From Patescibacteria group bacterium (lineage in GTDB: Bacteria > Patescibacteriota > Patescibacteriia > Patescibacteriales > GWC2-42-12): a stretch of DNA of 64,000 nucleotides. Under the pieces are notes generated by a model that ran no database searches, was not told where the DNA came from, and worked only from the letters and a program-made list of their open reading frames with translations. Shown one piece after another: positions 49,192 to 57,997 of this stretch (positions within the stretch are counted from its first letter, which is position 1; each line of letters opens with the position of its first letter). The position numbers and the translations under genes are program-made. The stretch is from the NCBI GenBank assembly GCA_041662965.1, contig JBAZRI010000003.1, forward strand, positions 65,331 through 129,330. Direction: 5' to 3'.

Positions 49192-50736
49192 TTATTCCCA
49201 TTCAATCGTTCCGGGCGGTTTTGAAGTTATGTCATAAACCACGCGATTAATTCCTTTAACTTCATTAGTAATGCGCGTTGAAATTTTAGCTAAAAGTTTA
49301 TAAGACAAAAATGCCCATTGAGCTGTTAAAAAATCATTCGTGGTAAATGACCTGACAATAATAGGATAACCATAACTTCTGGCGTCTCCTTGCACGCCCA
49401 CAGAACGTATTGTTGGCAAAACCGCAAAATGTTGAGTGCTATTTTCTCCGCTTTTTTCAATTTCACCACACACAATGGCATCGGCCTGCCTTAAAATTTT
49501 TAATTTTTCTTTAGTTACCTCGCCAATAATTCTAATCGCTAATCCCGGCCCCGGGAACGGAGTACGGTAGACTATTTTTTTTGGCAAACCTAATTTGTCC
49601 CCAATTTTACGAACTTCATATTTATATAGATCGCGCAACGGTTCAATTAATTTAAAGCCAATTTTTTCCGGCAGACCGCCGACATTATGATGGGATTTTA
49701 TAACTGCCGTGTGCTTTCCCCCGGAACTTACGCCCGAACTAACAGCATCAGTATATAAAGTGCCTTGAACAAGCCATCTGGTTTTAAAAAGTTTCTTGGC
49801 TTCTCTTTCAAAAATTCTTATGAATAATTCTCCAATAACCTTTCGCTTTTTTTCTGGATCTGTTACCCCCTTTAGTTTCTCTAAAAATTCTTTTTCCGCA
49901 TACACTATCCGCAAATTCATTTTCATGTAAGTTTTAAAAACTTTTTTTAACTCTCTAGTTTCGCCTTCTCGCATAAGACCAGTATCCACATAAACGCAGG
50001 TAAGATTTCTGCCAATGGCCCTATGAACAATAGTGGCAGCCACCGCGGAATCGACCCCGCCCGAGAGTCCGCAAACCGCTCGATCATTGCCAATTTGTTT
50101 CCGAATATTTTTTATTGATTCCTTAATAAAATCCTCCATTAACCAAGATCTCTTAACTCCGGTTATTTCAATAAAATTTATGATGATCATATGGCCGTTA
50201 GTAGTATGCAGTACTTCTGGATGAAACTGCAATCCATAAATTTTACGTTTTTCATCCGCCATTGAAGCAATTAAACAATTATTCGAACTGGCAATTTTCA
50301 TAAACCCTTTAGGTAGCTTAATAACAGAATCGCCATGGGACATCCAAGTATCTTGAATTTTCTTTAAGCCGATAAAAATTTTGCTGGGTTTGTTTATGGT
50401 AATTTGCGCGGGGCCATATTCTCGTTTTTTTCCAGCCTTTACTGTACCTCCCAACATAAATGCAGTTAATTGCATGCCATAGCAAATTCCTAGAATTGGG
50501 ACTCCCAAATCAAAAATTTTTTTATTTACCCGCAAAGCGCTTTTATCTGACAGATTTTGCGGTCCACCCGACAAAATGATGCCTTTACTCTGCGCTAATT
50601 TGTCTATGGGAAAATCGGGGGAAACAAGTTCAGCCAAAACGCCGGCCTCGCGAATACGCTTGGTAATTAAATGCGAATATTGCGAGCCAAAATCTAAAAC
50701 ATATATTATGTCTTTCGTTGGTAATGTTTGTAGCAT
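49192..50736 (-). CDS. guaA: GMP synthase (glutamine-hydrolysing)
   Basis: 514 aa with a GATase domain (ICYGMQ), the PP-loop SGGVDS, and the typical C-terminal ...PPGTIEWE. Confidence 0.95.
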   Translation of the reverse strand: MLQTLPTKDIIYVLDFGSQYSHLITKRIREAGVLAELVSPDFPIDKLAQSKGIILSGGPQNLSDKSALRVNKKIFDLGVPILGICYGMQLTAFMLGGTVKAGKKREYGPAQITINKPSKIFIGLKKIQDTWMSHGDSVIKLPKGFMKIASSNNCLIASMADEKRKIYGLQFHPEVLHTTNGHMIIINFIEITGVKRSWLMEDFIKESIKNIRKQIGNDRAVCGLSGGVDSAVAATIVHRAIGRNLTCVYVDTGLMREGETRELKKVFKTYMKMNLRIVYAEKEFLEKLKGVTDPEKKRKVIGELFIRIFEREAKKLFKTRWLVQGTLYTDAVSSGVSSGGKHTAVIKSHHNVGGLPEKIGFKLIEPLRDLYKYEVRKIGDKLGLPKKIVYRTPFPGPGLAIRIIGEVTKEKLKILRQADAIVCGEIEKSGENSTQHFAVLPTIRSVGVQGDARSYGYPIIVRSFTTNDFLTAQWAFLSYKLLAKISTRITNEVKGINRVVYDITSKPPGTIEWE

Positions 50737-50958
50737 ATTTATTATTAATTAAACTCCTTGCTAAATGTAATAAAAAATTATCACAATTGTTATTATCAAT
50801 CAGTCTAAATCAAATAACAAACATTGTCAAAATAATTTATTTTCTGCGGGGATTTTTATTTAAAAAATTGGATTAATTAATTTCAGGCGGGTATCATTTT
50901 TTATCTTTTTATGGTATAATATTGTTAATGAAAATAATTTTACTTTAAGAATAAGACT

Positions 50959-52950
50959 ATGTGGCAAGAAAATATAATACTTATATTAATTTTCTTAGCA
51001 GGCCTTTCTAATTTCAGCTTAGCCGCTTATGTTTATAGAAATGGACCGGGCAAGAGGCTTAATAGGAATTTTTCATATCTTGGGTTTGTAATTTTTTTAT
51101 GGTGCCTTAGTAATTTTGTCTCCTTAATCAGCCGCAACTTGGCTTGGATTCGCTTAACTTACGCCTTAGGCTTGCTCGTGGTTTTATTTTCATTTTTTTT
51201 GGCCGGCGCAATAGCTGAAAAAGAGATAAAGAAATCAATAAAATTCTTCTTATTCTTGATAAGCGCTATATTATTTATTGCTTGTTTCTCCCCCTTGTTT
51301 ATATATAATATCAACAGTTATGGAGTAAGCGGCGTTGATGCCAGATTCGGACCTTTGTTCAGATGGTGGGAAGTTTATATGATAGTTATAGGCGCTGTCG
51401 GAATATATCTGCCTATTAAAGCTTTGCCGCTGCTTGATGACCGCAGGAAAAAACAAATAGCATATTTTTATGTCGGCTGCTTTTCCTTCGGGATCTGGTC
51501 AAGTTTTACCAGCGTTATTCTGCCGTTTTTCGGATATACAAAACTTTTGAATCTTGACGCTCCGAGTACTATTTTTTTTACCGGCCTTACCAGCTACGCC
51601 ATAATTAAATATGAAATAATGGGAATAAAATCATTATTTTTCAAAGCCTTTGCCTATTCATTAATTATAGGATTCATTAGCGGTGTATTAGCGGTTGTTA
51701 TTTTCCTGGTATCATGGTTTTTTAACAACTTCGGTTCAACCGCGGCCTATTTAATTTCAATTATTGTTTCTATTATAATCTTTTTAATTGGCAGATCTTT
51801 TTATAAAGAAACTAAAGAGCTGGAAATGGCGAAAAAAAGCCTTACGGCAATGCTCCAAAAATCAGAAGAAGATCGATTGAAAGCTGAAGCAGAGAAAAAT
51901 AAAACTTTAACAATCATCAAAAATTTCAGCGATGGGCTTTTAATTATTAACGAGGAAGGCAAAATTATTATCGTCAATCCTGTGGCTGAAAATTATTTAG
52001 GGCTTAAGTCCAATAATATTCTGAAAAAAAATATAACCAGCTTATTTGAAAATCTACCCGGTTTAAAAGCGATAGCTTCTGATTTGCCGATAACCGCGGA
52101 TAAAATAGTTAAAAAAGAAATTGAAATAAACAAAAATTTAATCATTGAAATATCAGCCATTAAGCTAAACTTCAAAAAAAAGAATATCGGCAATTTAATT
52201 ATTATGCACGATATAACCAGGGGTAAAAATGTAGAAAGATTAAAAACTGAGTTCGTTACCTTGGCCGCCCATCAACTCCGCACGCCTTTAACGGCGATTA
52301 AGTGGTCATCGCGAGCGCTTTTAGACGGAGATGCCGGTCATATCGTTCCGGAGCAGCGTGAATATATCGAAAAAATAGATATTAGCACTGAACGAATGAT
52401 TTATTTAATAAAAGATCTTTTGAATGTCGGACGTTTGGAAGAAGGCCAGTATATATATAAAGCATCAAAATTCAAAATTAAAGACGCTTTTTTTAATGTT
52501 TTATCTAATATAAAAGAAAAGATTGACCATAAAAAAATTAAGTTAGACTACAAGCTGCCGGCTGATGAGCTGCCGTCGATCAGCGCCGATCAAGAAAAAA
52601 TAGAGATAGTTATGCAAAATTTTATAGAGAATGCGATTAACTATTCATTCGAGGGAGGCCTGATCTTAATTACGATTGAAAGGAGCGGAGAAAAATGGTT
52701 TTTTAAAGTGGCTGACTCGGGCATCGGAATTTCAGAAGAGAGCAAAGGACGAATTTTTAAAAAATTTTATAGAAGCGAAGAAGCATTTAAAAAAAATACT
52801 GAGGGGTCAGGCCTCGGCCTGTTTATGTGCAAAAATATCATTGAAAATCATGGAGGGGAAATCGGCTTTGAATCTGCGATGGGCAAAGGCTCAACTTTTT
52901 ATTTTTCATTACCGCTCAAATCTGCGATAAAAGAAAAACCTACTAATTAA
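50959..52950 (+). CDS. Sensor histidine kinase (multi-TM N-terminus, PAS-like, HisKA, HATPase)
   Basis: H-box AAHQLRTPL and G-boxes DSGIGI and GSGLGL. Extended -10 TGGTATAAT at 50912-50920. Confidence 0.85.
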   Translation: MWQENIILILIFLAGLSNFSLAAYVYRNGPGKRLNRNFSYLGFVIFLWCLSNFVSLISRNLAWIRLTYALGLLVVLFSFFLAGAIAEKEIKKSIKFFLFLISAILFIACFSPLFIYNINSYGVSGVDARFGPLFRWWEVYMIVIGAVGIYLPIKALPLLDDRRKKQIAYFYVGCFSFGIWSSFTSVILPFFGYTKLLNLDAPSTIFFTGLTSYAIIKYEIMGIKSLFFKAFAYSLIIGFISGVLAVVIFLVSWFFNNFGSTAAYLISIIVSIIIFLIGRSFYKETKELEMAKKSLTAMLQKSEEDRLKAEAEKNKTLTIIKNFSDGLLIINEEGKIIIVNPVAENYLGLKSNNILKKNITSLFENLPGLKAIASDLPITADKIVKKEIEINKNLIIEISAIKLNFKKKNIGNLIIMHDITRGKNVERLKTEFVTLAAHQLRTPLTAIKWSSRALLDGDAGHIVPEQREYIEKIDISTERMIYLIKDLLNVGRLEEGQYIYKASKFKIKDAFFNVLSNIKEKIDHKKIKLDYKLPADELPSISADQEKIEIVMQNFIENAINYSFEGGLILITIERSGEKWFFKVADSGIGISEESKGRIFKKFYRSEEAFKKNTEGSGLGLFMCKNIIENHGGEIGFESAMGKGSTFYFSLPLKSAIKEKPTN

Positions 52951-53015
52951 TAAAATAATTTCTAGCATTCTCCGATAAAATTAACTATAAAAAATATTTT
53001 TTGCGAAAACTCTTG

Positions 53016-53041
53016 TTGACAATTTTTTTTCATGGTATAAT
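53016..53041 (+). promoter_or_regulatory. Promoter with TTGACA and extended -10 TGGTATAAT
   Basis: TTGACA at 53016-53021 and TGGTATAAT at 53033-53041. The spacer is short, so it probably functions through the extended -10. Confidence 0.55.
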
Positions 53042-53126
53042 AAAAATACAGTTAAAAAAATTTCACATAACCGGCAGAATTTTTTACAAAAAATCTTTTG
53101 CTAAAACGAGAGGGGGTGCAAAAAAT

Positions 53127-53204
53127 ATGGCAAAGAAAAAAGCTAAGAAGAAAGCGACCAAGAAAGTTGCTAAGAAGAAAGCGACCAAGAAAAAGAAAAA
53201 ATAG
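53127..53204 (+). CDS. Polybasic micro-protein (25 aa): MAKKKAKKKATKKVAKKKATKKKKK
   Basis: RBS GAGAGGGGGTG about 8 nt upstream of the ATG. Has its own promoter and terminator and an internal direct DNA repeat (24-nt unit, 27-nt period). Confidence 0.5.
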   Translation: MAKKKAKKKATKKVAKKKATKKKKK

Positions 53205-53232
53205 TTTATAAAGTTTTGCTTTATAAATAAAA

Positions 53233-53266
53233 AATAGAAGCGGTTTGAATCGTTTCTATTTTTTAT
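53233..53266. terminator. Hairpin terminator shared by the micro-ORF and the convergent PHP gene
   Basis: AATAGAAGCG-loop-CGTTTCTATT followed by T6. Confidence 0.6.
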
Positions 53267-53277
53267 TCGGATAAATT

Positions 53278-54576
53278 TTAAAATAAACTTCTTTGTTTGT
53301 TTTTTTCTTTTTCTTGTTCGCTGAAAATTTTAATTTCTCCGTATTGCCCGTCAAAGCCAGGCTTGATGATTAAATTGCCTTGGCGCGCCCGCTTTACGGC
53401 CTCGGCTATTGCCGGATCGGTTATAGCCGTTAAATCTTTTAGGCTAATATTTAATAAAATATTAAGCTCGTTAGCTCCTGATTTTATTAAATTATTATAC
53501 GCTGACCGCACTCTTTTTGAATACCTTGATTTAACGTCTAAAGCTTCGGCGATTATTTTATCAAGCTCAACTAATTTAATAAACGGCGCAGCCGATAAAG
53601 GTTTAAAGCCTAAAGGTCGGTCAGCCAGTTCGTCAACTCGGTTCATCACGCCGATAGTTAAAGATTTTTTGCAAACCGGACAAATATTTTTATGTTTTTT
53701 AGTTTGTTCCGGAGTAAAGCTTACGCCGCAGGCGCGATGGCCGTCATAATGGTACATGCCTTCTTCCGGATAAAATTCTATAGTGTATTTAATGCCGGCG
53801 GCGCCATTCTGAGAAATTTTTTTATTTTTAATAATATCATAAATTTCATCATAGTTGATAATTTTCATCTCAAACACATTGGCTTCGCGCGCGATATTCG
53901 GTAAAGAATGAGCGTCGGAATTGGAAAGCACGGTTAATTTATCCAAAGCCGATAAGCGCCAATTCATCTCCGGGTCGCTTGAAAGTCCGGTTTCTATGGC
54001 GTAAATATTTTCCGTATACTCGTGAAAGCATTCTTCCATTTTATCAAAGCCTGATTTTGAACCGAAAACCGCGAACCACGGCGTCCAAATATGCGCCGGA
54101 TAAATTAAAAATCTTTTATCAATCCCTAGGCACAATTTCATTAAAGTCGGGGCGCTCATGCCTAATATCGGCCGTCCGTCCGAGCGAATATTATATTTTT
54201 TATCTAAAAAATTATTTAATTCCTCAACCGCTTTTATGTTGGGCGCGTGGATTACTAAGTGAATGCGCCTGGCTTTGCCCCCGTCTTTATAAATTAAGGC
54301 TACTTCGGTTGATAAAATAAATTTTACCCTATCGTCTTTAGCGCTTTTTAGTTTATATAGCCCGGCTCCTCCTCCTGGCAAGGGGGAGCTAGAGGGGGTT
54401 ATTTCTTCCAATTTATTTTTTATATCGGAAAACCAAAGAGGATAAGTAAAATCACCGGTAGCGATTATATCAACGCCCTTAATTCGGCAGGCGGCGTCAA
54501 TATTTTCCAATGTCAGCTCCGGCGAGCAGGAGCGGGAATATTTAGAATGGATATGTAAATCTAAAATTTGCTGCAT
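53278..54576 (-). CDS. PHP-domain protein, endonuclease Q-like
   Basis: N-terminal LDLHIHSKYSRSCS PHP motif and an internal CPVC zinc-ribbon-like motif. 432 aa. Confidence 0.6.
   Translation of the reverse strand: MQQILDLHIHSKYSRSCSPELTLENIDAACRIKGVDIIATGDFTYPLWFSDIKNKLEEITPSSSPLPGGGAGLYKLKSAKDDRVKFILSTEVALIYKDGGKARRIHLVIHAPNIKAVEELNNFLDKKYNIRSDGRPILGMSAPTLMKLCLGIDKRFLIYPAHIWTPWFAVFGSKSGFDKMEECFHEYTENIYAIETGLSSDPEMNWRLSALDKLTVLSNSDAHSLPNIAREANVFEMKIINYDEIYDIIKNKKISQNGAAGIKYTIEFYPEEGMYHYDGHRACGVSFTPEQTKKHKNICPVCKKSLTIGVMNRVDELADRPLGFKPLSAAPFIKLVELDKIIAEALDVKSRYSKRVRSAYNNLIKSGANELNILLNISLKDLTAITDPAIAEAVKRARQGNLIIKPGFDGQYGEIKIFSEQEKEKNKQRSLF
54365..54398. repeat. GC-rich hairpin plus G-run inserted in frame in the PHP/EndoQ-like ORF
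   Basis: GCTCCTCCT-loop-AGGGGGAGC followed by TAGAGGGGG. Translated as ...PSSSPLPGGGAGLY.... Confidence 0.6.
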
Positions 54577-54597
54577 AAAATATATTATAATATACCT

Positions 54598-54692
54598 AAA
54601 AATTCCGCAAATAATAGTAAATTTTCGTGCGAGGACTGTTTGAGGACGCCATTAGGCGGACGAGTTCCGCAGTAGAAAATTTGCTGTTATTT
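54598..54692. repeat. Conserved-core / locus-specific-stem hairpin, family B copy 3
   Basis: Outer stem AAAATTCCGCAAATAA.. / its complement. Conserved arms TTTTCGTGCGAGGACTGTTTGAG and CGAGTTCCGCAGTAGAAAAT. Central CGCC-ATTA-GGCG. Confidence 0.8.
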
Positions 54693-54734
54693 GCGGAATT
54701 TTATCTGTTTAATAATTTAAGAAGCTAGGCTATT

Positions 54735-55241
54735 TTACCCAAAATATTTTAAATGCTTGCCAATCGGCAGGCCTCTTTGCTTCTCGCCGACATCAACGTC
54801 CAGCCATTTATCATTAATTTTTACCTGCAAATATTGATGTAATATAAAATTAACAAACACATGCCGGCGCCTTATATCCTCTTCTTTAAACCAGCCGCTA
54901 CTAACCAAAAAAATTTTCAATAAATAATTATTTACCGTACACGGTAAATAACCGCCCATCCGCCAGGCCTCGTCTAAAGATTTAAACAAATAATTGAATT
55001 TTAAAAAAGTATTAAAGCGCTCGGAGCGATATCTTGAGCCAAGATAATCATAAGCTAATCGTAAAAATTCTTCGTCCGTACGCGACTGCGCTTTATACTC
55101 TTCAATTTTTACTCGCATTTCAGCCGGCATCTGCTCGGGAATTTTTTCTTCAGAAAAACCCAAATGCGGAATAACTAAACGAGATAAAACAAAAACTAAT
55201 AAAATATAAATTGCGATAATATAGACAATATAATAGATCAT
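54735..55241 (-). CDS. Membrane-anchored protein with a possible transglutaminase-like Cys-His-Asp core
   Basis: N-terminal TM segment, then an ordered C (GYLPCT), H (ILHQY) and D (WLDVD). Confidence 0.35.
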   Translation of the reverse strand: MIYYIVYIIAIYILLVFVLSRLVIPHLGFSEEKIPEQMPAEMRVKIEEYKAQSRTDEEFLRLAYDYLGSRYRSERFNTFLKFNYLFKSLDEAWRMGGYLPCTVNNYLLKIFLVSSGWFKEEDIRRRHVFVNFILHQYLQVKINDKWLDVDVGEKQRGLPIGKHLKYFG

Positions 55242-55244
55242 ATA

Positions 55245-55997
55245 TTAAATATTTTTTCTTCTGTCCGCTTCGGCTAACTGCTCCGGCGTATTTATACCAA
55301 ACCATTGATCGGGATTTTTTAATTTTACCGCGGCCAGTTTAGACCGGCTGGCTAAAGCCTCTTCTATGAAACTGGGCAACCCGTATTCTCCTAGGCCGCT
55401 GATCGGCTTTAAATTTAAATAATGCTTTTTAAACCAAGCCCTTTTAAAGCAAAAAGTGTTAGTGTTAATTTCTCTAACTTCCTCTAATTCCGGCGTCATA
55501 TTTTCTTTTTCCACGATTTTCATCACCTGGCCGTTCTCCCCGCGGACAACGCGCCCCAGCCCCTTAGGGTCAGGCGGCTCGCAAGTCAAAATGCTGATAT
55601 CATTATTATTTTCTAGATGCAATTCAATTAATTCAAAAAGCGAATTGAATTTATAAAAAGCCGAATCATCGCCGTTTATTACCAAAAAATTAGTAAAATT
55701 TGCCGGCAACGCGCTTTCACCTATCAGCGCGGCATGAGCCGTGCCTAAACGCTCAGTTTGCGCGGCATAAATATAACCTTGGCCGATGGTTTCTTTAACT
55801 AATTCGGCCTTAAAACCGACTACTAAAAAAATTTGGCTTTTATCCAGCCCTCCCTTTTCTAATTCTTCTAAAATATAACTGATAATCGGCCGCTCGTTTA
55901 TTTTATAAAGCACCTTGGGCAAATCAACGCAACCCAGCCTTTTACCCTGGCCGGCCGCTAAAATCACTATAGCGAAATTTTTTAATTTCTGCTCCAT
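55245..55997 (-). CDS. Sugar-1-phosphate nucleotidyltransferase, GlmU N-terminal-domain-like (no LbH acetyltransferase domain)
   Basis: LAAGQGKRLG signature. 250 aa. Last gene of the glmS-glmM cluster. Confidence 0.75.
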   Translation of the reverse strand: MEQKLKNFAIVILAAGQGKRLGCVDLPKVLYKINERPIISYILEELEKGGLDKSQIFLVVGFKAELVKETIGQGYIYAAQTERLGTAHAALIGESALPANFTNFLVINGDDSAFYKFNSLFELIELHLENNNDISILTCEPPDPKGLGRVVRGENGQVMKIVEKENMTPELEEVREINTNTFCFKRAWFKKHYLNLKPISGLGEYGLPSFIEEALASRSKLAAVKLKNPDQWFGINTPEQLAEADRRKNI

Positions 55998-55998
55998 A

Positions 55999-57363
55999 TT
56001 AATTTAATTTATTTTCAATAACCTCTCCTATTTTTTCAGCCAAATTTTTAATTTCTTTTTCATCTTTTCCCTCAACCATTATCCGGCATAAAAGCTCGGT
56101 GCCGCTATAGCGCACTAATACCCTGCCTTCTGCGCCTAAATATTTTTCCGTGTCTTTTATCGCCTTGTTAATTTCCGGCACGGTAGAAAAATCCGGTTTA
56201 GTTTTTACTTTGACATTAATTAATATTTTAGGCGCCAAATAAACTTCTTTGGCTAATTCCGACAGCGGTTTATTAAAATATTTCATTGCCGAAAGCAGCA
56301 TCAAACCGCTTAATATGCCGTCGCCGGTCGTATGATAATCTAAAAAAATAATATGCCCGGATTCTTCGCCTCCTAAAACTGCTTTTTCATTTACTAACGC
56401 CCTATAAACTTGCCTATCACCTACGTCAGTTTGGAAATGCCTAATTCCCAAATTTCTTAAACCATTAATGAAACCGATATTACTCATCGATGTACTAGCA
56501 ACCAGATTATTTTTTAAAATATCTTTTTTCTTTAGCATTTTAGCGCAGATATAAAGCAAGTGGTCTCCGGTTAAACGCTCTCCTTTTTCATCAATAGCGA
56601 TTAATCTGTCGCCGTCCCCGTCAAAAGCCAAGCCGATATCGGCTCGCTTTTTAAGAACCGCTTTTTGCAAATCTTCGGCGTGCTCGGATCCGCAAGCTTT
56701 GTTTATATTTTTCCCGTTCGGAGAATTAAAAATCACCGCTGCTTCCGCGTCCAATTTCTTAAAAATATAGGGAGCAACTTTAAATGTTGCTCCGTTAGCG
56801 CAGTCTAAAACAATCTTTAAGCCTTTTAAATTGCCGCCATTTAAAATATTTATCAAAAATTCGGCGTATTTTTTATTATAATCATTAAGTGATCTCGCGT
56901 TAGAATCAGCTATAATTTCTAGGGCGGCCGGGTAAGCTCTCCTCCCGGCGCGGGCCTTCCCTCCGGCTATTAATTTTTCTATCTGCTCTTCTTCAAGGTC
57001 CGTTAATTTCGCGCCGTCGTTTTTAAAAATTTTAAAGCCGTTATGGTTGTAAGGATTATGCGAAGCTGAAATCACTAATCCTAAACCGGCGCTTTCCTTT
57101 TTTGCTAAATAAGCTATGGCCGGAGTCGGGATTATTCCGGCTGAAATTATTTTACCGCCAGACTCTACTATGCCCCGTGAAACCGCCAATTCCAATAAAG
57201 GGCCGGACGCCCTGGTGTCTCGGCCGATAATTATTACCGGCGTGATTTTGTTTTTTCGGCAATACTGCATTAAAGCCTTGCCCAGTTTAAATGCCAGCAC
57301 TTCATTCATGGTTTCGCTTCCCGCCACGCCCCTGATGCCGTCGGTGCCGAATAATTTTTTCAT
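55999..57363 (-). CDS. glmM: Phosphoglucosamine mutase
   Basis: 454 aa with the active-site loop SASHNP and the alpha-D-phosphohexomutase pattern. Confidence 0.9.
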   Translation of the reverse strand: MKKLFGTDGIRGVAGSETMNEVLAFKLGKALMQYCRKNKITPVIIIGRDTRASGPLLELAVSRGIVESGGKIISAGIIPTPAIAYLAKKESAGLGLVISASHNPYNHNGFKIFKNDGAKLTDLEEEQIEKLIAGGKARAGRRAYPAALEIIADSNARSLNDYNKKYAEFLINILNGGNLKGLKIVLDCANGATFKVAPYIFKKLDAEAAVIFNSPNGKNINKACGSEHAEDLQKAVLKKRADIGLAFDGDGDRLIAIDEKGERLTGDHLLYICAKMLKKKDILKNNLVASTSMSNIGFINGLRNLGIRHFQTDVGDRQVYRALVNEKAVLGGEESGHIIFLDYHTTGDGILSGLMLLSAMKYFNKPLSELAKEVYLAPKILINVKVKTKPDFSTVPEINKAIKDTEKYLGAEGRVLVRYSGTELLCRIMVEGKDEKEIKNLAEKIGEVIENKLN

Positions 57364-57384
57364 AAAATAAAAAATATTTTACCA

Positions 57385-57993
57385 TTATTTAACTACAACC
57401 AGCCAATTAGCCGCCAAATCCGAATTTTCTTCGTCAGCCTTAAAGCCAAGCGCTAAACTAAATTTTACTGATGCGTTGTTTTTATTATCCATTCCAGCCC
57501 AAAACCTAAGGCCGGAAAATTTTTTCTCATAAATATCCATCGCGAATAAGGTGAAATTTTTCATCAGCCCCTTACCCCGAAAACTTGGATAAGAACGCCA
57601 AACGGCCGTATGCCAATAAGTTTGCTCTTTATCTTTTTCCTCGATTCCAAACTTTATTGATTTTTTACCCAGTGATTTTGGTCCAAACCAAACTAATGCG
57701 GCTAAGGCATCAGTTCGTTTGTGAATAAGCATAAATGGCGTGCGATCTTTCCTATACCAATCTTCATAAGAGCCTTCGCCAAAACGCCTTCTGTCGCCAG
57801 TATTATTTTGCAGATCAACGTCGGTTTTATCCAGAGATAATCGTTGAAGTTGCTCGGTATATTTTTTATCAAGCCCGATAAAAATACTAAATTCTTCGCC
57901 GTCTTTAGTTATGGCGTCGGCAATATGAACCGAACTGTAAATCGGCAGAGGCAGCGAAAAATTTTCTAAATTTTTTTTAGAAATAATTTTCAT
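57385..57993 (-). CDS. GNAT-like protein embedded between glmS and glmM
   Basis: 202 aa with the motif-A-like FRGKGLM and overall beta-alpha GNAT-like spacing. Weak call. Confidence 0.35.
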   Translation of the reverse strand: MKIISKKNLENFSLPLPIYSSVHIADAITKDGEEFSIFIGLDKKYTEQLQRLSLDKTDVDLQNNTGDRRRFGEGSYEDWYRKDRTPFMLIHKRTDALAALVWFGPKSLGKKSIKFGIEEKDKEQTYWHTAVWRSYPSFRGKGLMKNFTLFAMDIYEKKFSGLRFWAGMDNKNNASVKFSLALGFKADEENSDLAANWLVVVK

Positions 57994-57997
57994 ATAT

